This document shows, one piece after another, positions 56,698 through 64,000 of a stretch of 64,000 nucleotides of DNA. The translations under genes were made by a program, and so were the position numbers. This stretch comes from Planctomycetota bacterium. GTDB lineage: Bacteria; Planctomycetota; B15-G4. The stretch lies in NCBI GenBank assembly GCA_965248575.1, contig CBDFJQ010000002.1:3552001-3616000 (forward strand), given 5' to 3'. The notes beneath the pieces are model-generated. The model searched no databases. It worked only from the letters and a program-made list of their open reading frames with translations, and was not told where the DNA came from. The first letter of the stretch is position 1. The number at the start of each line of letters is the position of its first letter.

Positions 56698-57576
56698 ATG
56701 ATGACCAAGAGCTCAAGGAGCACCGTGCAAGAGGTCAGTCCGGACCGAATCGCGGTGATTACGTTCAACAAGGTTGGGCCCGAGAACCACACCTTCAAGT
56801 ACGAGCGACTTGGAAGACTGGCCATAAAAAACCGACATCGCTACTGCCAGTCTCACGGCTACGAATTCGTACACGATGTTCCCATCGCCAACGACCGACC
56901 GGCTTGCTGGGCAAAGATCCCCGCTATTCTCGCGGCCCTTGAGAAACACCGTTGGGTCCTCTGGGCCGACAGCGACACGCTCGTCATGAACGGTTCGCGC
57001 AAGCTCGAGAGCTTTCTGAATTCTGAGTACGATCTCATCGTTCAATCCCACGATGAGTTCTATCAGCACATTGGGCTGAGTGTGGAGGCCGGGCTGGCAC
57101 GGATGCCGATCAACACAGGTGTCTTCTTCGTTCAAGCGACAGAATGGTCAAAGTCGTTTCTACGTCGGGCGTATGAGCAGGAGCAGTTTGTCACGTCGCC
57201 CGCTCACTGGGATGGCATCGGTGAGCAGGAAGCGATGATTCATCTGCTCAAGAGCAGCCCAGAAGATCACCAGCGGATTGGTTATGTGCACGGTCTTCAG
57301 AACCACCCAAAGCTCTATCAAGCTGGTGACCTGTTTGTGCACTTCTACGGGAACCATGCTCGACATCGAATTCCTCTTGCTGAATGCGAACATGTGTTGG
57401 CCCAGTGGGAGGCTGCGGAGAAAGCAGGCTCCCCCTATCCTCCTGATCTTGCCCGGTTCCACTGGTGCTGCATTCAAAAGAAGACGCCGGATGGTCTTAA
57501 GCACCGAGGAGATCTTGAGCGTTTTCTATATCGTAGTGACGACATCGGACTGCCGCGCACCGAGGGTGCAACGTGA
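56698..57576 (+). CDS. GT34-like (GMA12/MNN10) glycosyltransferase
   Basis: YCQSHGY, WAKIPAI, WVLWADSD, INTGVFF, EQEAM, GDLFVHF. Confidence 0.8.
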   Translation: MMTKSSRSTVQEVSPDRIAVITFNKVGPENHTFKYERLGRLAIKNRHRYCQSHGYEFVHDVPIANDRPACWAKIPAILAALEKHRWVLWADSDTLVMNGSRKLESFLNSEYDLIVQSHDEFYQHIGLSVEAGLARMPINTGVFFVQATEWSKSFLRRAYEQEQFVTSPAHWDGIGEQEAMIHLLKSSPEDHQRIGYVHGLQNHPKLYQAGDLFVHFYGNHARHRIPLAECEHVLAQWEAAEKAGSPYPPDLARFHWCCIQKKTPDGLKHRGDLERFLYRSDDIGLPRTEGAT

Positions 57577-58307
57577 GCAAGCTGCCCCGGGTCGATGCGT
57601 ACCTTCAAACGCAGGGCGTTCGTTCGATTTATAATGCGGCATATGCTGACGAGTATCCTGCTCTCTACCTCCACCCGTGGTCAGCCAAGCACGAGCTCAA
57701 TCTCACGAACATCCAGAAGCTCGTTGAGGAACTTGGTCCAGCTGACAACCAGCGATGGCTGGATATCGCATGTGGCCAGGGTTGGCAGCTGGCGCACGGA
57801 CCTCACGGTATCCAAAAAACAGGTCTGGACATCAGCTCGGCTCAGCTGCATCACGCTCGGATTGCGAATCCAATGGCGAGCTTCGTCTGCGGGGATATGT
57901 CACGACGTGTCTTTCGCGCCCACTCATTTAACCTAGTTACGAGTTTTTGGGGGGCATATTGTTATTTAAAGACTCGCACGGGCATCCGGTCCTTCCTTCG
58001 GCACGCCGTTGGGTACACAAAGCCAGGCGGTGCGCTGTATTTGGAGGTCCTGCTTGCTGAGGATCTTGAGTCGTTCAACCATTCAAAGTATGCCGGGAAG
58101 ACGGGGTTTTCGGTAAGCCCGCTCAGCCCTGACTATTCCCGGTGGTCGTATCGGGACTGCGGCGGAGAGCATCTCATGATGAGCCCGCCGCTTGAGTTTT
58201 TCCGGGATATCCTCTCGGCTTCCTTTGATCATGTTGAGGCGGAGCACGACGGCCGCTTTATGATTCATGTCACGGCACAGGGGCGAATCGGACGAACCGA
58301 ACGGTGA
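57573..58307 (+). CDS. Class I SAM-dependent methyltransferase
   Basis: WLDIACGQG, GLDIS, GDM, FNLVTS, KPGG; GTGA-coupled to GT34. Confidence 0.85.
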   Translation: MSKLPRVDAYLQTQGVRSIYNAAYADEYPALYLHPWSAKHELNLTNIQKLVEELGPADNQRWLDIACGQGWQLAHGPHGIQKTGLDISSAQLHHARIANPMASFVCGDMSRRVFRAHSFNLVTSFWGAYCYLKTRTGIRSFLRHAVGYTKPGGALYLEVLLAEDLESFNHSKYAGKTGFSVSPLSPDYSRWSYRDCGGEHLMMSPPLEFFRDILSASFDHVEAEHDGRFMIHVTAQGRIGRTER

Positions 58308-58582
58308 CGGAAGTTCGTGCTACGCCAGCTCGCCGAGAAGCACGGTAGCGTCTGACGGGATGATTCTCTCCGTTGCCTCGGTACCCGGGTGCTCCGTCGC
58401 GAGCCGGGTGTTGACGTCTCCCCCTCTGCATGGGACGGCGCCTCCCGCAGTCCGAGTGCGAGTGAAGGGCGCTCTCGACGTTGCTCACGCTGCGGGAACG
58501 GCGAGTCGAGAGGCCTAACGAGTGGATGCCGCAGCCGACGGCGCGCTAGAATCGCCGCGCTCCCACGCACCCCGGCGGTTTC

Positions 58583-60016
58583 ATGCCCCTCTCTCCCCCT
58601 CTCGATCGCTCGGTGTGCCTCGTATCCCTGGGCTGCTCCAAGAACCTCGTGGACAGCGAGGTGATGGCCGGGCACCTGGGCCGGGCCGGCATCGGGCTCA
58701 TGACGGACCCCGAGGACAGCGATCTGGTGGTGGTGAACACCTGCGGCTTCATCGGCGATGCCCGCCAGGAGAGCGTGGACACGATCCTGCGCTACGCGGA
58801 GATGAAGCGTGCGGGTGACATCCGGGGCCTGGTGGTCACGGGCTGCCTCGTGGAGCTGCACGAGAAGCAGCTGGCGCTCGAGATCCCCGAGGTGGATGCG
58901 TTCCTGCCCCTGAGCGACTACTCGGGGGTGCCCTCCGTGGTGGACGCCGTCCTGGGTCGCGCGCAGGGCGATGGGCCCAGCGGTGGCCTGGTGGACTTCT
59001 CGGGCGGCGGTCAGTCGCGCGCCGGTTCGCGTGCAGCGGGCGGGGCCTCCAAGGGCGGCTCGGCTGATCTGGGCCGTTCGCTGCTGACTCCGGTGCACAC
59101 GGCCTACCTGCGCCTGGGCGAGGGCTGCAATCACATCTGTGCCTTCTGCGCGATCCCGAAGATCCGCGGCAAGCTCCAGAGCAAGCCGCTGGAGGTCCTG
59201 GTGGAGGAGGCCAGCGCCCTGGCCCAGCTCGGAACCAAGGAGATCTCCCTGGTGGCCGAGGACAGCACCGACTACGGCAAGGACCTGCGCAAGGGCTACG
59301 GCCTGCCCGACTTGCTGCGTGAGCTGGGCGCCATCGACGGCCTGGAATGGGTGCGCGTGCTCTACGCCCACCCGGCCACCATGGATGATCACCTGGCGCG
59401 CACCATGGCCGAGACGCCCAACATCTTGCCCTACCTGGACATGCCCGTTCAGCACGGCGACGACACGGTGCTTCGCAACATGAGGCGCGGCACCACCGCG
59501 ACCCGCATCCGCCAGGTGGTGGGCGACCTGCGCTCCGCCATCCCGGACATCACCCTGCGCACGACCATCCTCGTGGGCTTCCCGGGGGAGACCGAGCGCC
59601 GCTTCGGGCATCTCATGGACCTGCTCGAGGAGTTGCGCTTCGACCGGGTGGGCTGCTTCGCCTACTCGCCCGAGGAGAACACCGAGGGGCCCAGCCTCGG
59701 CGGCCGGCCCAGTCGCAAGGTTGCCGAAGAGCGGCGCGACCAAGTCATGCGCTTCCAGCGCGACTTGCTGCAAGAGGCCAACAAGGCACGCGCCGGCAGC
59801 CACGAGAGGGTTCTCTTGGACGGCATCGAGGCCTTGGCCGGGACGAAGGCCTTCATGGGCATCGCTCGCAGCCGCCGGGACGCCCCCGAGATCGATGGCC
59901 AGGTCCTGGTCAGCCTGGATGCAACCCAGGCCCAGGCAGTTTCCCAAGGAGACTTCATGGACGTGAAGATCACGGGTGTTAAGGGGTACGACCTCGTCGG
60001 GATGCCTGCCTCTTGA
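58583..60016 (+). CDS. rimO: Ribosomal protein S12 methylthiotransferase
   Basis: SLGCSKNLVDSE, NTCGFI, GCNHICAFC, VGFPGET, APEIDG TRAM domain. Confidence 0.95.
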   Translation: MPLSPPLDRSVCLVSLGCSKNLVDSEVMAGHLGRAGIGLMTDPEDSDLVVVNTCGFIGDARQESVDTILRYAEMKRAGDIRGLVVTGCLVELHEKQLALEIPEVDAFLPLSDYSGVPSVVDAVLGRAQGDGPSGGLVDFSGGGQSRAGSRAAGGASKGGSADLGRSLLTPVHTAYLRLGEGCNHICAFCAIPKIRGKLQSKPLEVLVEEASALAQLGTKEISLVAEDSTDYGKDLRKGYGLPDLLRELGAIDGLEWVRVLYAHPATMDDHLARTMAETPNILPYLDMPVQHGDDTVLRNMRRGTTATRIRQVVGDLRSAIPDITLRTTILVGFPGETERRFGHLMDLLEELRFDRVGCFAYSPEENTEGPSLGGRPSRKVAEERRDQVMRFQRDLLQEANKARAGSHERVLLDGIEALAGTKAFMGIARSRRDAPEIDGQVLVSLDATQAQAVSQGDFMDVKITGVKGYDLVGMPAS

Positions 60017-60618
60017 ACCTCCCTAACAAGATCACCCTGGGGCGTTTCGGCATCGCTTTGATCATGTTTGCGCTGCTGATCTGGACCGATACCTGCGCTG
60101 GACCCGACTGGTGGGTTCCAGCGGCCGCTGGAGGGATCTTCATCCTGGCCGTGGCGACGGATGCATTGGATGGTTACTACGCCCGAAAGTTGGGCCAAAT
60201 GTCCGACTTCGGGCGCATTGCAGACCCTGTGGTGGACAAGGTGATCGTATGCGGTGCGTTTATCTTCCTCGCATCTGCCGAATGGGCACGGGCCTACATT
60301 CCCGTTTGGATGGCCGTGCTCATCGTCTCCCGGGAGTTCCTCGTGAACGGCCTGCGGGGCTACATCGAGGCCAGGGGCGTCGCCTTCCCGGCGCGCTGGG
60401 ACGGCAAGCTCAAGATGATCCTGCAGTGCGTGGCCATTCCGGCGGTGTTCGTGGTTCGTACCGTGGATCTGGCCTGGGGCACCAGCGTGCCTTGGCTCTG
60501 GCAGTTCTCGGTGGGGCTGGCCTACATCTTCATCTGGAGTGCCTTCGTGCTGACGTTGGTCTCAGGCGCCCGTTACGTCACGGCCGCCGCCGAGGTGCTT
60601 CGAAAGTCCGACGCCTGA
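60013..60618 (+). CDS. pgsA: CDP-diacylglycerol--glycerol-3-phosphate 3-phosphatidyltransferase
   Basis: NLPNKIT, TDALDGYYARK...FGRIADPVVDK. Confidence 0.92.
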   Translation: MNLPNKITLGRFGIALIMFALLIWTDTCAGPDWWVPAAAGGIFILAVATDALDGYYARKLGQMSDFGRIADPVVDKVIVCGAFIFLASAEWARAYIPVWMAVLIVSREFLVNGLRGYIEARGVAFPARWDGKLKMILQCVAIPAVFVVRTVDLAWGTSVPWLWQFSVGLAYIFIWSAFVLTLVSGARYVTAAAEVLRKSDA

Positions 60619-60770
60619 GCAGTCGGTGAGCCGGCGGGGGCAACCGGCAGGCAACCAAAGGAAGGGATGTGTGTCCGAGGTCCCTTCGCAGCACGTCGTG
60701 ACTATCATGGGCGGCGCCTGCTCTCGTCCTCGCCCCCGCCCCGCCCTCCTCTTCTCGACTCGGAGTCCCC

Positions 60771-62426
60771 ATGGCCCTCGAAGTGCGCCAGATCAAGGGC
60801 ATGCCGCTGGCGGCCAAGATGGCGGTGATCATCTCGGTGATCGTGGCTGTCTTCATGCTGGTCTTCGGCTTTGTGCTCGTGGGCAATGTCGGTGAGACGG
60901 TCTTGGCCGAGGTGCAGCGCGCGGCGGCGGATGCGGCGCGCACCGCGGCACAGGCCGACATGGCTGCCTGGACGCCCAACTTCAACACCGTCGACCAGGG
61001 GCTCAGCCGGGAGCAGGTGCAGGCCAAGGTGGATGCCATGTCGCCCTACGACTTTCGGGTCTATGACACCGACGAGGCGCGCCGGGCACAGATCGCCTGG
61101 AACCGCGGCCGCTTCGCGCGCTTCTTGGGCGAGGGCACGTCCGTGGTGGCGGTCGAGCTCTTCCGCTGGGGCAATGGCCGGCGCGGTGCTTTGGTGGGCG
61201 CCTCCTATGTGGACGAGGAAGGGCGCACCCAGGACACGAGCTTCGCCCCGGGGCAGGGCCGGGCGGAGCTGTCCTTCGAGAAGGGTCGCGCCCAGGAGGG
61301 CCTGCTCACCGCGGGCGCCGAGACCTGGCATGTGATCCGTGGCAGCTACCCCATCGAGGACCGGACAGGGGAGCAGACTGGCGAGATCGCCATCCACATG
61401 AACGCGGCAAGCGCCAACCAGGCCACGGACCAGTTCAAGTTCAAGGTGGCCTACGCGGGAATGCTGTTCGTGCTGCTCGGGGCGGGGCTTTCGTTTGTCC
61501 TGGGGCGGCAAATCACGCGTCCGGTGCGCCTGTTGCAGGACGACATCCGCGCCGTGGCGTCCGGCGATCTCAAACACCACACGAAGCCCCACAGCTCCGA
61601 CGAGATCGGGCAGCTGGCGCGCACCTTCGATGCCATGACGCGCAGCTTGGCGGAAGCGGCCCAGGGCCAGAAGGCCGCGGCCGCCTCTCAACGGGAGCTG
61701 GCCGTGGCGGCCGAGGTGACGGGCAGCTTGTATCCGCGCAGCTTTCCACACATGCCCGGTTGGGCGGCGTCCGGCGTGCACGACACCTCGGGTGCGCCCG
61801 GCGGCGGAACCTACGACGTCCTGGAGATGCCTGGTGGGCGCTGGGGCTTCGTGGTGGCCGAGGCCTCTGGCACAGGAGTGCCGGCGGCGCTGGTGACGGC
61901 CATCACCCGCTCGACCTTGCGGGTCATCGCCGAGCGGGAGACGGACCCCGGTGCGGTCCTGCGTGAAGTGAACGCGCGGGTCTCAGCCGACTTGCCCCAG
62001 GGGATGTACGTCACGGCCTTGTTGGCGGTCATCGACCCCGCCACGGGCAAGACGGCCATCGCGAATGCTGGGCACCCACCGCTGCTTCACCAGCATGCTG
62101 GCATCGACGGTATCGAAGCGGTGCTCAGCGAAGGCATCGCCCTCGGTTTCGATGACGGCCCGGTGTTCGACCAGACCTTGAAGGTGGCCGAGACGGTGCT
62201 CGAGCCCGGTGACAAGGCGCTGCTCTATTCCTCCGGGTTGGCGGGCTTGTCCGGAGGCCAGGGCCAGGTGCTGGGCGAGGAGCGCTTCGCCGCCCTCGTG
62301 AAACGCGAGGCCCAGCGGGACGTCGAGACCATGATGAAGCGTATGGATGCGACCCTGCGCAAGTTCCACGGCCGGGACAGCCTGGGCCCGGACGTCACCT
62401 TGCTCTGCTTTGGACGGGATGCGTGA
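60771..62426 (+). CDS. Membrane sensor with HAMP and SpoIIE/PP2C-like domain, catalytic residues degenerate
   Basis: Two TMs, HAMP (DEIGQLARTFDAM), ANAGHPP, PGD..LLY. Confidence 0.8.
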   Translation: MALEVRQIKGMPLAAKMAVIISVIVAVFMLVFGFVLVGNVGETVLAEVQRAAADAARTAAQADMAAWTPNFNTVDQGLSREQVQAKVDAMSPYDFRVYDTDEARRAQIAWNRGRFARFLGEGTSVVAVELFRWGNGRRGALVGASYVDEEGRTQDTSFAPGQGRAELSFEKGRAQEGLLTAGAETWHVIRGSYPIEDRTGEQTGEIAIHMNAASANQATDQFKFKVAYAGMLFVLLGAGLSFVLGRQITRPVRLLQDDIRAVASGDLKHHTKPHSSDEIGQLARTFDAMTRSLAEAAQGQKAAAASQRELAVAAEVTGSLYPRSFPHMPGWAASGVHDTSGAPGGGTYDVLEMPGGRWGFVVAEASGTGVPAALVTAITRSTLRVIAERETDPGAVLREVNARVSADLPQGMYVTALLAVIDPATGKTAIANAGHPPLLHQHAGIDGIEAVLSEGIALGFDDGPVFDQTLKVAETVLEPGDKALLYSSGLAGLSGGQGQVLGEERFAALVKREAQRDVETMMKRMDATLRKFHGRDSLGPDVTLLCFGRDA

Positions 62427-62743
62427 AGGTCTCCGAGTTCCAGCAGCTGATCGAGAAGCTCTATGGCGCCAAGGACGGGGCCCGGGGCACGGAAGGCACC
62501 TTCATGTGGTTCGCCGAGGAAGTGGGTGAACTGTCCCGGGCCCTGCGCCGGGGCGATCGGGAGAACCTCGAGGCGGAGTTTGCGGACGTCTTCGCGTGGT
62601 TGTCGACTTTGGCCTCCATGAACGGCGTGGACCTCGAACAGGTGGCGGCGGCCAAGTACGGGGCAGGCTGCCCACGCTGCGCGTCGACGCCTTGCGCCTG
62701 CGCAGAACCCGAGCCGGCGCACGGCGCGCCGTCCCATGCCTGA
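62423..62743 (+). CDS. MazG-like nucleotide pyrophosphohydrolase
   Basis: EEVGEL...EFADVFAW; C-terminal CPRCxxxPCxC. Confidence 0.88.
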   Translation: MKVSEFQQLIEKLYGAKDGARGTEGTFMWFAEEVGELSRALRRGDRENLEAEFADVFAWLSTLASMNGVDLEQVAAAKYGAGCPRCASTPCACAEPEPAHGAPSHA

Positions 62744-64000
62744 GAAGAAGGCAGCGAGCCAGGCCGGTGCCGATCCCGGTACAGGTCCCGGTACAGGGGC
62801 CGAGTCAGGAGTGCCCTTGCTGGCCTCGGTGGCTCCGCCTGTGCCGGTTGGCGGCTTGTTCGACTACACGGTCCCCGAGCGCTTCGCCGAGCAGGTGGTG
62901 CCCGGCGTGCGTGCCATGGTGCCCTTCGGTGGGCGCAGCCTGTCCGCCATGGTGGTGCACGTGGCGCGCAAGGCACCGCCAGCGGGCGTTCGGCTGAAGG
63001 CCCTGCAGCGCCTGGTGGACGACATCCCGCTCGCCGGCCCAGACATCCTGCGCCTGGGTGAGTGGATGGCCCAGCGCCTGGGTTGTTCGGTGGGCGAGGC
63101 GCTGGACGCCGCCTTGCCGAAGGCCGCTCGGGACGGGCGCGGTGGACGCATGCTGGAGCAGGCACGTCTGGCCATGGACGTGCGCGCCGCCCGTCCCCTG
63201 GTGGACGAACTCCAGGCGAAGCATGAGAAGCAGGCGCGGGCGCTACGCATCCTGGCAGACAAGGGTGGCCTGGTGCCGACCCGCGAGCTCATGAACCTGG
63301 CGCACATCAGCCGTTCGCCGATCCAGAGCCTGGCCAAGGCGGGCTACGTGACCCTGGAGCGCGTGCGCGCACGGCACGACCCGCACGCCGACGAGCAGGT
63401 GCCCCGTCGACCCGCGCTGACACTGACCGCGGAGCAGGCTCGAGTGCACGACCACATCGTCGAAGCGCTGCGCCTTGACGAAGCTGAACCCGAACCACCG
63501 CGACCGATCCTGCTGCACGGAGTGACGGGCAGTGGCAAGACCGAGGTCTACCTGCAGGCTTTGGACAAGGTGGTGCAGGCGGGTCGGCAGGGCATCGTGC
63601 TGGTGCCAGAGATCAGCCTGACGCCTCAGACTGTTCGGCGCTTCCGGGAGCGCTTCGACCGCGTGGCGGTGCTGCACAGCCACCTCACGGACGCCGAGCG
63701 CCACGACCAGTGGCGGGCCATCCGCAAGGGCGAGGCCGATGTGGTGGTGGGCGCCCGCTCGGCGGTCTTCGCGCCGGTCCCGAAGCTGGGGCTGATCATC
63801 CTCGACGAAGAGCACGAGACGAGCTTCAAGCAGGGGAATGTGCCCCGCTACCACGCCCGGGACGTGGCCGTGGAGCGTGCGCGGCTGACGGGGGCCCTGG
63901 TGCTGCTGGGCACGGCGACACCCTCCCTCGAGACGTTCCAGCGCGCAAAGGACGGGCACTACGAGCGCCTGGCCCTCGACGAGCGGGTGGCCGGGGGGCG
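62736..64000 (+). CDS. priA: Primosomal protein N' (3'-truncated by window; absent from ORF track)
   Basis: FDYTVP, VPFG, LLHGVTGSGKTEVY, LVPEISLTPQ, GARSAVFAP, DEEHETSFKQ, PRYHARD, ATPSLE. Confidence 0.95.
   Translation, partial: MPEKKAASQAGADPGTGPGTGAESGVPLLASVAPPVPVGGLFDYTVPERFAEQVVPGVRAMVPFGGRSLSAMVVHVARKAPPAGVRLKALQRLVDDIPLAGPDILRLGEWMAQRLGCSVGEALDAALPKAARDGRGGRMLEQARLAMDVRAARPLVDELQAKHEKQARALRILADKGGLVPTRELMNLAHISRSPIQSLAKAGYVTLERVRARHDPHADEQVPRRPALTLTAEQARVHDHIVEALRLDEAEPEPPRPILLHGVTGSGKTEVYLQALDKVVQAGRQGIVLVPEISLTPQTVRRFRERFDRVAVLHSHLTDAERHDQWRAIRKGEADVVVGARSAVFAPVPKLGLIILDEEHETSFKQGNVPRYHARDVAVERARLTGALVLLGTATPSLETFQRAKDGHYERLALDERVAGG

Noticed and set aside
62774..62797. 12-bp tandem duplication at the priA 5' end
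   Set aside because: Short in-frame low-complexity N-terminal extension; unremarkable
1..64000. CRISPR arrays, tRNA/rRNA, integrase or transposase
   Set aside because: No regularly spaced repeats, cloverleaf signatures or recombinase motifs seen by eye; a tRNAscan/Infernal run would be decisive

Overview
GC-rich bacterial chromosome window, most likely an uncultured Planctomycetota lineage. This is inferred from an ECF sigma factor with a WD40 Ser/Thr kinase, kdsB-pyrG-DUF1844, and many secreted ORFans. About 55 CDSs are supported; I saw no tRNA, rRNA, CRISPR array or transposase. Housekeeping blocks: kdsB-pyrG, LysM-anmK-mtnP, aroF-tpiA-secG-pyrE-yicC-gmk-rpoZ, ftsK, and rimO-pgsA to priA. 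Accessory material includes a TetR/hydrolase module, a sulfotransferase / CDP-alcohol phosphotransferase glycopolymer cluster, and several lower-GC ORFans. The most striking feature is a ~5 kb lower-GC insertion between ftsK and rimO. On the minus strand it encodes a coupled operon: a beta-helix-like protein, a six-segment polyglycine-II-bundle-like protein and a DMATS/ABBA-type prenyltransferase-like enzyme. A divergent pair encodes a GT34-like glycosyltransferase and a SAM methyltransferase. This is a candidate undescribed protein- or peptide-tailoring system. All family calls come from motif recognition by eye, not database searches.
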